55,542 nt of DNA, from the NCBI GenBank assembly GCA_051453625.1, contig JBOZIK010000001.1, positions 3,222,760 to 3,278,301 of the forward strand, read 5' to 3'. Every line of letters starts with the position of its first letter. The stretch's first letter is position 1. The stretch comes from Welwitschia mirabilis. Its lineage: Eukaryota. The translations under genes and the position numbers were made by a program. The notes below the pieces were generated by a model. It ran no database searches and was not told where the DNA came from. It saw only the letters and a list, made by a program, of their open reading frames with translations. Shown piece by piece: positions 12,836 through 25,600 of the stretch.

Positions 12836-13963
12836 CGTGACTTTGATTTGGAAGTGAAGGTAAATGATTCTCATTGTTGTATTTATAGAAAAGCATAGGA
12901 GACATTATTAAAAATTAAATTATTTTTGACCCACTAAAATCTGCAAAAACATCATGTGAATCCCATCCAATAAATGCATGTTAGGGCATTACAGGTTTGA
13001 TAGTACTTCATAATTATGGATATTAATTCCTTAATCCAAAAGTAGTGATGAAAAAAATGCTGTGCTCTTTTTGAATTGGACTAGAAAATGGGATAGTTAG
13101 AGTCTACTTCAAAATCCCCTTGCTTGAAATCCCCTTTTGAGTAATTGATCTCTAGTTAAAATTCTTTGGTAATCTTTTAACCAGTAAAAAACCTTAATTT
13201 TTTCTAGAATATATCCCTTTCAATACTTCTTATATGCATCCTGTTTTTTATACTTTTTTAGAAGGATCTTCTTGGTTAAATCAGACTGACAAATATTTAA
13301 GTCACAAAGAAGTTGTTGAATTTTGCTGAGATGTTTTCTTAGATAGGACTCCCTATGATCAATTATTCAATCTTTGTATTTGTAATTAATCAAATCACAC
13401 CAAGGTTTATCTCCTTCTTTTAGTCTCTTTAAAATATTACTATGTAATTTTTGGATTTTTGAATTCCCCAACCTCCTGATTCCTTTGGGTAGAAAATAGT
13501 CCTTCATTTGCAAAGATAAACTCAGTGGTGATCCTTTTTTCCTAAACAAATAAAGGCTTTTAAGATTCTATTAATTTTTTATATGATATTTCTTGGGGCA
13601 GGGAGAGAGTAAGGGGTGAGGAGGAACCATAACAGAAGCTGTGTACTAAAAAGAGGAAATTAAGCAAGAGTTTGTGAAAATTATTTTAGCTTTGGAGGAG
13701 AGAAAGTTATTTTACTATAAGCTACACCACCTTTGGATGGATTTCAAGATGTAATTCTAGGTATTTGTCTTATGCTAATTTCAAATTGGGATACCTAGGT
13801 AGATATCCTGTAGATCTCCTAGCCTTGTACTTAGGATTCAGGTGATTTTTCCCCCTCTGTTACATTTTTTGCTTAAAATGTGTATTCTTGATTTGTTTCA
13901 GTTATTGTGTAACCCTGTTGCCATTGCAAAGATGTTCATAGCATTTTTGATTTCTTTTCTTAC
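12832..13963 (-). pseudogene. LINE ORF2 C-terminal part (RT thumb, zf-RVT region)
   Basis: rc translation shows, in canonical plant L1 ORF2 order: 'FAMATGLHNN*NKSRI', 'YLGIPI', 'FLSSKAKIIFTNSCL', 'KAFICLG', 'YPKESGGWGIQ', 'WCDLINYKY', 'KIKVF..RILTRDQLLKRG', 'RF*WVKNNLIFNN'. Confidence 0.9.
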
Positions 13964-14484
13964 TTATAATTAGTATTTTAATTATATATTTGATTATAAC
14001 TTAATACATTAAATGAGCTTAAGTAAAAGATAAAATACATAAAATCAAAATTTCACTTTATTATTTCACTCATTTTCTTTTGAAAAGTTAACTCTCCTTA
14101 TGTGTTATAGCTACCTATTCCATAACAAAGCCCTTGATATTCTAATGTCATGTATACTTTTCTCAACTATCTATTAATACATTTAGTAGCACCACTACTA
14201 TAATAATGAGTGCTATTGCTATTTTAAAATTTTAGTTAATGTTTCTCCTCTTAAATTTGAGCTATAATAGCCCTCTGCCCATTTCCACCTACATCTCCTA
14301 CATTTGATAGTTTTTACTAATACTATCATTAGTTACATTAATGATACCACTCCATTTTCTCATAGACTTCTTAGCTATTGCCATCTTATGAGGTAGGATT
14401 GAAAATTTCATTATGAAGATGGCATTCAAACACTTGCTATTACACTATATAACTACCTATACTAAAGAAGTTGGATGTAAGAAG

Positions 14485-14681
14485 TATTGGATCTAAAGAT
14501 CCATAATGCCCAAGAACTGGGAGAAGTTTCTTAGGAGCATGCAAGATTGACATTTAAACCAATTCAAAGTTTTCTTTTCAGAAATAAAAATATATACAAA
14601 TCTCATGATGGAAATTAGGGAAAAGAGAGAAAATGGGAAGTGGTTGTAACAACCCACTTTAAAATAGGAAAATATCCAACA
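14485..14681 (-). repeat. 3' LTR of the three-LTR element
   Basis: TATTGGATCT...ATCCAACA; adjacent PPT GGGGGGATT (rc of 14682-14690). Confidence 0.9.
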
Positions 14682-14799
14682 AATCCCCCCTGATGACAAA
14701 TCTAAGAATTAGATTTTCATCATATTCAAAGTGCTAGAACATGCTTCTAGCATAGTGATTCATATAAAATTTATCACATAAGTATGTACTAATTATTAT

Positions 14800-14912
14800 A
14801 AGGTGGAATAACTTAGGATAACTTGGCATAACTCAAAATAAAGTGGGATAACTTGGGACAAAGTGGGACAACTTAGGATAACTTGGAATAACTTAGGACA
14901 AAGTGGGACAAC
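14800..14912. repeat. 10-bp tandem array (ACTTRGGAYA / AAGTGGGAYA); second copy at ~16940-17048
   Basis: About 11 consecutive 10-mers, directly visible, at the same position in both internal regions. Confidence 0.85.
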
Positions 14913-16612
14913 CACAATGATGTGAAATAACCATTACAAGGGACATACCTAGCATGGAACTAATCCAAGAAATTTTTATATAAAACAATATTACAAGAAG
15001 TATCCCATACCACTTCTTACAGTATCATTTTACATAAAATTGCATATCACATAAATTGGTTAGGACAAGCCCTCAATCTAACTTTTACTTTGGTGGGGGT
15101 TGGTAAATTTTACCTTATAAAATACAATATTTATGCCCCTATAAAATAATAATTCCTTTTACAATTATGTTTCTACAAAATGATATTAATAACTTGGCCC
15201 CTCCCCCTCCTAACGGATAGCATTTTTTAATATACTCCCATTTAACATAATAAAGAATAATTTTAATATCATGTTATCCTTAAACGTTTATCCTTATCTC
15301 ATCTCATCACATGAAGCTCCATGTTAGCCTCTTTCTGTGTCTCCATATGGCTTATTATAGCCTCATTGAATCTAAAGAGCATTATAGTAGTCTGTTCAGA
15401 ATGCACAACCATTAGCTCATTGACCACCCTATAATCCTTAATATGTGAATTCATCATTATTTCCTAGTAAATAGCATCGCCCCTAGCCAACTGCATCTGC
15501 ATCAAATGTGATTCCTCTACATACAAAAATAGTCTAGTCTTTTGACTAAAATAACCAAACACAACATGCTAAATGATTTCCGTTAGCCCATAACTACATG
15601 ACTTTAAAATTGCAAAGTCTGAAGTAAGCTTCAAAATGAAATAATTCTCACCCTCAATTTGCTTCTCATCGATGCACTTAGTGTGGGCAAATATGATAGT
15701 TATCGATCTGGGATTTAGGCCTTATAGGGTATGCTAGAGAGCCTTATAGGTCTCTTGGATGCTTGTGAAGTGAGTCATGATGTGTGACACCATGCCAATT
15801 TGCTGTTATAGCTTGTGCACATTTTTTTTTCTATTGATCACTACTTCTATGTACCACATGTTAGGCATCATTTACCATAGTATGAATCTACTAGTCTTCC
15901 ATGCCTACATCTGATTAATGAGATTTTTATTGACTCCATGATCGATCACTTGAAAAATGCCCAGTTTTCATAGGTGCTATAGATCTCATGTCTAATTTGG
16001 CTTTACTGGACACCATTGGTAAGACATACAAGCCTTTTGTCTACTTCGCCATTATAGGTCACCAAGGATCTACCTGAAAAAAAATCTTCTCAAGACTATT
16101 TTTTTAAAAAATATCTCAGATTTAGATTTCTTTTTGATCTGCTACAAATCAAGTTTGTTGCAAATCTAAAGATGAATATCTTGAACTCTAATGTATGTCT
16201 CACTTAACAAAAATATATGATGTAGATAACAATGACTATAGAATGTACCGATCAAAGTTAATCTACATGCATCTGAGTCTCAATGCTTAAAATGCTAGCA
16301 TCCTTAATGTAGATGAAGTTTAGCATGGCTAACACATTAAGATTGAAGCCTTGAATCTCTGCATGTAAATTGGTACCTTCCACAGCATAAATTCTCTAGA
16401 TCCTTTTAGGCTACAGAACCACTTGATGTGCTTGAAAAACTAGGACTCTCTTTGCACTACACTAGAATTCCACCATGCTATTCTGGTTGTGATTACTACT
16501 ATGGTTCTTTTATGGCATTGAAAAATTTGTCCTTATCTTTTATGCTACATAGGATTGATGTGTTAAAATTATGAGGCTTCTCTTCTCTATTCAGATTCGC
16601 TCTAATATAATT

Positions 16613-16820
16613 TATTGAATCTAAAGATCCATTATGCATAGAAGACCCAAGAACTAGGAGAAGTTCCTAGGAATAATGTAATATTAGCATTTAGACCATC
16701 TCAAAGTGTTCATTTTAGAAATAAAAATATATATAATTCTCATGAGGGAAATTAGGAAAAAAAGAGATAAAATGGAAAGTGATTGTAACAAACCATTTGA
16801 AAATGGAAAAATATCCAACA
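16613..16820 (-). repeat. Middle (shared) LTR of the three-LTR element
   Basis: TATTGAATCT...ATCCAACA, flanked by a degenerate PPT on the right and a degenerate PBS on the left. Confidence 0.9.
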
Positions 16821-17440
16821 AACCCCACCTTAATGACAAATCTAAGAATTACATTGTCATCATATTCAAAGTGCTAGAACATGCCTTTAGCATAGCAATT
16901 CATATAAAATTATTAGATAAGTGTGGACTAAGCACTACAAAGTGGAATAACTCAGGACAACTTGAGATAGCTTAGGACAAATTAGGACAACTCAGGATAA
17001 AGTGGGATAACTCAAGCTTGGAATAACTTGAGACAAAGTGGAATAACCAAAACCATGTGGACTAACCATGAAAGGGACACACCCAAGAAATAAGATACAC
17101 CTAGCATGGGACTAACCCAAGAAATTTTTATATAAAACAATATTACAAGAAGTGTCCCATACCACTTCTTAAAGTATCATTTTACATAAAATTACATACC
17201 ATATAAATTAGTTGGGACAAGCCCCCAATATAACTTTTACTTTAGTGGGAATTGGTAAATTTTACCTCATAAAATACAATATTTATACCCCTCTCAAATT
17301 TCCTTTCATAATAATGTTTTTATAAAATAATATTAATAACTTGGGCTCCCTTTAACCAATACCATTTTTTAATATAATCCCATTTAACATAATAAAGGAT
17401 AATTTTAATATTATATCATCATTAAACATTTATTCTTATT

Positions 17441-18530
17441 TCACATAACCACACAATGCTCCATGTCAGCCTCTCTCAGCCTCTTCATATGGCTCAGTAC
17501 ATTTTCATCGAATCTAAAGAGTGTTATGGTAGTCTTCCCAAAATGTGGAACCATTAGCTCATCGACCATCCTATAATCCTTAATATGTGAGTTCATCATT
17601 GCTTCCCAATAAATGACATTGTCCCTAGCCAACTACATCTATGTAAAATGAGAATCCTCTAGATACAATAATAGTTTAGTCTTTTAGCTAAAATAATCAA
17701 ACATAACATGCTGAATGATTTTCATCAGCCCATCACTGCATGACATCAAAATTGCAGAGTCTATAGTAAGCTTTAAAATAAAACAATCCTCATCTTAATT
17801 TTCTTCTTGTTGATGCACTTGGTGTAGGCGAACATGTTGGTCATCAATCTAGGATTTAGTTCTTGTAAGATATGCTAGAAAAGCCTTATAAACCCCTTGG
17901 ATGCTTGTGGAGTGAGCCATGACATGTGGCGTCATGCCAATTTGCTATTGTAGCCTACACACATTTTGTTCCTACCTATTACCATTTATATGTACCACAT
18001 ATTGGGCATCATTTATTATAGTATGAATTTGTCAGTCTCCCATGCCTACATCTAGTCAATGAAATTTTCATCAAATCTGTGATTAATTACTTGGAAAATG
18101 TCCAATTTTCACAAGTGCTATAGATCTCGTGTCTAATTTGGCTTTGCTAGACACCATTGATAAGGCATTCAAGCCTTTTGTATACTTTGCCATTGTGATT
18201 CACCAAGGGTCTACCTGAAAAAAAAAAAATCTCCTTGAGACTAAGTTTTTAAAAAATATCTTAAATTTAGACCTTTTTTCAATCTGCTATAAATTAAGAT
18301 TGTTGCAACTTCAAAGATGAAGATTTTGATCTCTAATGTGTGTATTACCTAACAAAAATACATGACAAAGATAATAGTGACTATAAAATGCATCGATTAA
18401 AGTCAATTAGCATGCATCTAAGTCCCAATGCTTAAAATGCCAACATCCTTAATGCAGATGAAGTCTAACATGGCTGACACATTAAGATTGAAGCCTTCAC
18501 TCTCTGCATCTAAATTGGTGCCTTTTACTA
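17441..18530 (-). pseudogene. PPR (PLS-class)-like coding fragments inside the internal region; paralogous copy at ~15300-16380
   Basis: 'EGFNLNVSAMLDFICIKDVGILSIGT*MHA' and 'ARDNVIYWEAMMNSHIKDYRMVDE...MKRLREADMEHCVV', plus 'GLNPRSITI' and 'FAILKSCS' in the other copy, resemble PPR L/S/P motifs. Heavily eroded. Confidence 0.45.
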
Positions 18531-18743
18531 CATGACTTCTCTAGGCCATTTCAGACTATGAAACCACTTGCTGCACTTGAGAAACTAGGATTCTCTTTGC
18601 ACTACACTAGGATTCTACTATGCTATTCTAGTTGTAATTGCTACTGTGGTTTTCTTGTGACATTAAAAAAATTGTCTTCATCTTTTGTGCTATGTAGGAT
18701 TGATGTGTTAAAATTATGAGGCTCCTCTTCTCTATTCATGTTC

Positions 18744-18755
18744 GCTCTAATACCA
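18744..18755 (-). promoter_or_regulatory. Primer binding site, tRNA-iMet type
   Basis: rc TGGTATTAGAGC, one transition from TGGTATCAGAGC, 2 nt from the LTR end. Confidence 0.85.
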
Positions 18756-18757
18756 TT

Positions 18758-18964
18758 TGTTGGATCTAAAGATCCATTATGCATAGAAGGTCCAAGAAAT
18801 GGTAGAAGTTCCTAGGGAGTATGCNNNNNNNNNNNNNNNNNNNNNNNNNNNNNTTCATTTCAGAAATAGAAATATATACAAATCTTATAAGGAAAATTAG
18901 GAAAATAGAGAGAAAATGGGAAGTGGTTGTAACAAACCACTTTAAAATGGGAAAATATCCAACA
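18758..18964 (-). repeat. 5' LTR of the three-LTR element (contains a small N gap)
   Basis: TGTTGGATCT...ATCCAACA, a perfect 8-bp terminal inverted repeat. Confidence 0.9.
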
Positions 18965-20604
18965 AGAAGATCAGGATACTTGATGCAGAAAAATGGAAAG
19001 ACCTATGATTTTCTTCTATATGGTATGAAAGTTTTATCCTTATCTTCCTTTCTTATTTTATACTTTTATATATGTAAAACTTTAATAATAAATAATAGTA
19101 AATTATGTCATTTCTCTTTTTATTATATGACTTTATGTGACATTATCTAACTTTTTGGCTTAATTGAAACATTAAAGATAATGTTTAAATTTGTTTTTAA
19201 GGGGATCAAGATTAAAATAAACATAATTTTTCTGAAATTATATTGAAAATATTTGAATTATGCATAAAGTCATACATTTTCTTTATTATAGTAATTTTTG
19301 AAAATTGAAAATTTACAAAGGTAATAAGATGCTTATTATGAATCTGAATTTTAACATTCTAATTTGCATGATTTAAACTAAATTTTATGATATATAAGAA
19401 CTAATAAAGGATTTCTAGCTTATTGATTTATATAAATTCAATTAAAATTATGATACATGAATAAGATATGTAAAATTTTTAAATTTTGAGATAGTTGTTA
19501 TAAAACTATAATGTGAGAACTTGTTAAGAAACTAGCAAAGGGAATAGTTGAGGGGTGTATTTCCACTATAATTTTTACATGTTTAGACCTTAAAACTTAG
19601 TAATTTAATATGTTTTAAAGATATAAATACCATATTTGTAGTTAATATGTTATTAACCATGTTCTATACATTTAATTCTAAAAGTGTTATTAAGACAGAC
19701 TGACTTTTAGTATTTTAGTTATAGGTTATCTTAAGCTATCTATACTTCATTAGATCTTAAAAGATTAAAGCGATTGACACTACTATCTAGACTACCAAGG
19801 CCATAGTTATTCTAGGATAAGTACATTCTATGAAGGAGGAAGAGCTAATCAAATGATAAGATAATAGATTAATCTTATAGCCTAGTACTAAATCAATCTA
19901 CAAAGACTAAGGACTATATATCTATTTCTTAATGCCCAAAGAAATCCATTGCTACTCATTTTTTAATAATAGAATGAATTAATGAATATATTCATCTATC
20001 ATTCATTCCTTCGTTGATCATGAATATTAGAGTTTACCATCATTGGAGCATTATTTATCATCATCCATTAGAGATCTGCTATTTTATATTTATAATTTTA
20101 ATGGCTATGATGAGGACTTACCTCTATTAGCAAGTTAACTTAATTAACTTAGTAATTATTAACATGATTAACAAACATGAAATAACATTCTATGAAAATA
20201 TGATATAGACATATAACATTAATTTCAAATATAATACAAAGAAAAGAAAACATTTTAGAGTTAGATGAGGCATGACAAAACACTTGGACTTATAGAAGTC
20301 TAAGTTAAAACTTAGATAATGGTTTGTTTATAAATCACATACCTAAAAATAGAATAATATTATTCACCATTCTATTATATTATTATGATGAAATAATTAT
20401 TTGCAATAGCATTAAATTATTAATAATTAATAATATTTTTTAAAATTTATTAAAGTTTTATTTTCTTACTTCTTATTTTACTATTCATAAAACAAATTAA
20501 ACTTCTACTCTTAATTCTAACATTATATCAAAACCTGTGGGATTTTCTTAAAACATAAAGTAGCACAAACATAAAATTTATTGATAAAAACTTAGAATAA
20601 GATT

Positions 20605-22686
20605 TGTAATATGATATTGTAATCTTAACAGAGTGAAATAAATTCATTTATTTCATTAACTAATAATGATAATTAACTTTAGTTATAATGGAAGTTATCA
20701 TTTGAATCATTATAATGAAGATTAATCTAATGTTGAAAAGATATGAGGAGGAAGGAAGTGAGTTTATTTCATTTAGTGCCAATTATTCAAAATCTTAGGA
20801 GTTAGAGTATCTAATCCTAGGAGAAATTAGTTCTTATAGTGTTACATGACTTATGATTTATTAGAATTAGAAGAAAACCCTACTAAATATTTATAGCCTA
20901 TAATTCTAATTAATCAAACTAAAGAATAAACTAGAAGCATTAAGATAAAAATTAATAATATTAATAAAGGACCTATTATAAATGTTGCGATATCAATTTA
21001 TAGGATTTTGATGGCGTATTTTTAGAACTTTTACAGGACATTTATACAGGTTTGGATGCAATTCTGATAATTATGGAGAGTTAATGGGATAACCATGGAA
21101 ACATACAATTCTTAACATATTTAGAGGCATTTCAGACATATTCTGGTACTTAGTGTTTTGAAGAAAGATTAGTGATGAATAAGGCTGATTTTCTTTAGCT
21201 GGAGAGATTTTTAAGATTATCATCTCCACTACCATTTCCATGACAGTCAGGACAACAACACTTTTAGTAGCCTATTATGACAATAATGTGCACTAAATTT
21301 AGGAGCCAATAAGCCCCCTTTTCTAAGGAGTGTCATTTCCATTATCATCCCCATGATATGAAGGATGACAACACAATTAAAACCAATTACAAGGCTGATT
21401 GTAGAGCTAAAAACTAATGAATTACCTATTATTATAGGGCATTGTCCCTAGTGTCATCCCTATGATAGTTAGGATGATAACTATTTTGTATAAATAGAAC
21501 TAAATTATTTTTTAATGGGGTCATGCACCCTATCTGGGCTACTAGGATTTCTTCTTTGACTTCTAGGGTTACAGCTCTAGAACCTTTAATGTAAAACTAT
21601 AAATACCTCCATCGTCCTTACTTCTAATTAATCTTTTATATTAGATATTCTTGTGATGAAAGTTTGAAGAATAAGAAGTTCATCCATTAGCTACAAAGAG
21701 AAAATGATCTTGATGTTGAGCTGAGTATCCTCTATTGAGGTGTTGCTACTTTGTTATAAGTGGATGTAAAGTCAATGATTAATTTAATTAATCTTTTTAC
21801 TCCTATTGTGTAAATGTCACTTATGGTTTAAGTTGATTATGGTTTAATGACAACTCCATAGTTTATTTAGATCATAAAGATAACCTTTGTTAAAGTTGAC
21901 TTTGTTAGTTTAGATTTTGGATTACATTCTATTTCATTTCATATTTGCATTATTCATATTCTATTTGGCACATATTATAGTTTTATGTTTGTTAGAAATA
22001 AGTGATAAACTCTTCTTAATTAATCTAAGTTATAAGAACTAATTCTTGTGAGAGGAGGATTGGAATCCAAATAGAACTCATTACACTTACATTTCATCTA
22101 TTACACTTGATCATCTTCATCTTGCATTGCATTGTCTTGTTGTTTATTTTTCATTTACTAGAATAGAAAAGAATAAAATACTTTATGAAAGCAATTTTCT
22201 AACTGCTAGCCTAGTGCCTCCAATGGATTATGACATTTGGGTTGATTCCTATCTATACTATTATGTGTTTTTTGCAAGTATTATGATTTATAAGTTTTGC
22301 CTAACACTTAAAGATTGTCTAAATTCATACCAAAATAAATAGTTATGATCTAAATATGTAAAGATGTATTCTTTCATTATGCTACTTAACCCTATGATAT
22401 TGGAGTGGATTAACTAGGTGGATGTAACTAAGAATAATCTTAGCTAATCCCCAAGGGCCCCAAGAGGGGAACTCAGGTTACAGTCCATATCTTTACCTTT
22501 GATCACTAGTCTAAGGTTATTCACTAATGATAAGGAATCTAATTCATTAATTTGAATAATAAATTCTACATTTTTTTCAAATTATTTGTTATTATTTATA
22601 TTGATCTTAGCATATGGATTTACATATTTCTTTTATACAAAGTAATACAAAAATAGTAAAATAGAACATTACATTTGGTATCAGAG
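20605..22686 (+). mobile_element. LTR (TGTAAT...ATTACA) with tRNA-iMet PBS, interrupted by a family-A LTR; left boundary approximate
   Basis: ...ACATTACA ends at 22673 and is followed by TT TGGTATCAGAG (22676-22686). Candidate TGTAAT starts at 20605 or 20618. Removing the insert restores CCTATTATAAATAG. Confidence 0.55.
20983..22337 (+). repeat. Family-A LTR, probably solo
   Basis: Starts TGTTGCGATA and is colinear over ~1.35 kb with 29189-30546 and rc 51068-52317. No family PBS or PPT adjacent. Possible TSD ATAAA (20978-20982 / 22335-22339). Confidence 0.85.
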
Positions 22687-25600
22687 TAAATAATAAAGCA
22701 GTAAGCTACTACTTTAAGAAAAATTAAGGAAAGAACTCAGTTTTATAAAAAAATTAAAGTTTTACATTAAGAAAATAATCCTAATGGTAAGAAGTATACA
22801 AGAAAAAGCTATGATATATTAAGCAAACAAGCCACTAGTAAAAATCATGGTGCATGACACCTTGAGAAGTGAAATACAGATTAGTACTGAGGAGGAAGGA
22901 GATCCTTCATGAAGAATGGACTAGGTTGTAACCCTCCACACCTAGGATAGAAGGCTCTGTACCACATAGAAAAACTTCCATCCCAATAGGCTATGTGATA
23001 AGAACTGTAGTACCAATATCAATCAACAAAAAATTTGCTATGGATTGAGTTGACTTGAAATCTAGTCCAAAGCTCTAGTTTAGAATGGTGTTAACTAACT
23101 GCTAGGACTTGCTAGCTGGGGGTTAGTCTTAAAATCTAATTTGAAGTTTTGACTTTAAGTTAGTATCAATATACTAGGCATTTATATGTTTTTGATTATA
23201 GAAAAATAGATATTGGGATTAGCTTGAATTCCAATTCAAATTTTTAACTTTGAGTTAGTATTAGTTAATCATGATATAAGTGTGTAAATGAAACTTATTA
23301 AGGAAGATAAATGGTTTTGAGTATGTAATCCAACTTTGAGTTGGCGTTAGCTCAAAAATTCAAGTTTTAGAAAACTAGCTTGAAGTCTTACTTGAATTTT
23401 TGTCTTTACATTAGTGTCAGAAAATCAAGAAATCTTTCTTTAGCTTCAATGTTTAATTTACGATGGCATCTTGCTAGAGAAAAAAAAAATTAATCCTCTT
23501 TTTATCCTTTTAAAATAAGACAAAAGAAAATCATTTTTGAGTTTTTAGAAATAGCTAAAAAAATTTTGTTTTGATTGCAAAACATCTACAAGTTTCATAG
23601 TAATTATTAATGATGTAGCTCCTGAAAGGAAGATTTGTTGTGTTTGTATAGTATCATAGAGCTCAATAATTCAAAACTAATTATAAATTGATCTAAAGTT
23701 TTAGTTTTAAATTGAATCTTAATCAATTTAGAATCTCTTGATTCTATACTTTCTTGANNNNNNNNNNNNNNNNNNNNNNNNNNNNNNNNNNNNNNNNNNN
23801 NNNNNNNNNNNNNNNNNNNNNNNNNNNNNNNNNNNNNNNNNNNNNNNNNNNNNNNNNTTAAAATAGTGCTATATTTTTATTGTAATTTAGTAGGTTTATT
23901 TCTATAATTTTTATTTTCCATAGCATTACCCTCTATTTCTCCCATGACACTAAGTAAAAAAATTCATATTTTTAGATATTTTTCCCACTTTTTTTAAGGT
24001 TTTATGTTTCTAGCTTTTATAGCATAATAATATGTTGTTTCCACTATCATCCCCATGACACATAGGATGATAGTGGCCAATTGTACTTTTTGAAATTTGT
24101 CCTTCTATTCAATAATTTTTCTTTTTCTCTATGGTCATTCCATTAATTATTCCCATGATGGTTAAAAAAAAACCTATTATACATCTTTTAAGTGTTAAGG
24201 ATTCAAAATTTTTAATAAAAGAATAAAACATCAAAGAGAGAAGAACTTAATCTCTACTGTGTACTTATCTTTCTTACTATATTGAATTAGATTCTCTTAT
24301 TATTCAATCAATAGTAATAGAAGGACCCTAAGGAAAATTCTTTCTAAAAGGAGGAGAAACATGAAAAAATTCTAAGGATAATGATAAGAAAACACATTGA
24401 GAATTTTTTGGAGAAAGAGGGAGAACAATACAAAAGGATGTTGAGAGTAGGAATTGGGCTCCTTCCTCTTCTTAACCATCTTATTCTTTTTCCTATTAGT
24501 TTCAAACTCCATATAGAAATGACAACAAAATTTTATAATATTTTAGAAATTCCACTTCATTTAGAAAAACTTTATATAATCATTTTTATTAATTCACATC
24601 TCTCATGCATTACTATGAAGAGGACAATCCACCTTACATGAATTACTATGAGGAAGAAAAAAATTTAATGAAAGATATGATTGATAAAATAAAGAAGAGC
24701 CAAGAAAATACCAATAAAAACCTAGAAAATTGGATTAAGATCTTTCAATAAATACTATTACAAAATCAAGGTTCTTTTAAAACATAACATCCTCAAACCT
24801 ATCCTTCTATATCCTACCTTGAGGAAAATGAGGAGAACTTAGAAATAATTGACAATAATTTTCACTTTTAAATAGATAATAAAAATTTGGATCAAACTTC
24901 AACATCCTACTCATTAGGAGATGAGAAAAAGGGAGATAATAATAAATCAACTCAATGTTTTAATAATCAAGATGAGGATGACCATTTATTAGATAATGAT
25001 ATTAAGGTATTAGATTATACCCTTGCCATCCATTTATTGCTAGATAATCTAGATGAGGAATCAATTCATGAATAATCTGAAAAAAATTTAATCAATAATG
25101 AAGATAATGATTTTATTTTTCTTAATAAATTTTTTAATAAATCCAATAATTTAGAAAATAAAAGTAATATTCAATAAGAGAAGAAAGATATAGTAACAAA
25201 CAATGATGAGAATAATGAAGAAACAACCTAAATGGTAAAAATAATAATGAATAGACTAACCATAATGAAGGACCCATAGAGATTCATTTAAACTTCATAG
25301 AGGCTAGACTTGTTTATTCTACCCTTACTTCTACATCTTTTCCATTTATGCTTTCATGTACAACTTCAAATCACATACTTCATTTCACTTCTACTTTTAT
25401 TTTCACATTACCTTATGATCTTGATAATGATAACCTTTCTCCATTTCTTCCATTTGAACCTTCATGTAATTCTCAAAGCCATGTTACTTTCCTTAACTTT
25501 TATAAAACTCATAATTTTGAAGAGTCTATTCCTCCTCTCTTTGAACTTCTTCCTTTCAAAAATCTATGTGATACTCAAAGTAACATCCTTTCTTTTTTTA

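Larger units (their letters stand above)
11292..13963 (-). mobile_element. 5'-truncated L1-clade LINE carrying an extra downstream ORF; short poly(A); candidate TSD TTATAATTA
   Basis: ORF2 C-terminal motifs run up to 13963. A LINE-like 3' UTR ends in A7 (T7 at 11292-11298). TTATAATTA occurs at 11283-11291 and 13964-13972 (low complexity, so only supportive). Confidence 0.85.
14485..18964 (-). mobile_element. Three-LTR tandem non-autonomous LTR retrotransposon (TRIM-like, Copia-type signals), TSD AGAAG
   Basis: Three ~200-bp LTRs with T(G/A)TTGRAT...ATCCAACA termini and two homologous ~1.93-kb internal regions. AGAAG at 14480-14484 and 18965-18969. PBS-Met and PPT are on the minus strand. No gag/pol motifs seen. 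Confidence 0.9.

Noticed and set aside
12880-12887. TATAAATA 45 nt upstream of the ORF3 ATG as an internal promoter
   Set aside because: It lies in the ORF2 frame as CTA TAA ATA, which is probably deaminated CTA CAA ATA. The ATGA overlap is a simpler explanation, though a promoter is not fully excluded.
19690-20160. Possible additional LTR fragment
   Set aside because: It has LTR-like composition, but I found no termini, PBS/PPT, TSD or second copy in the window.
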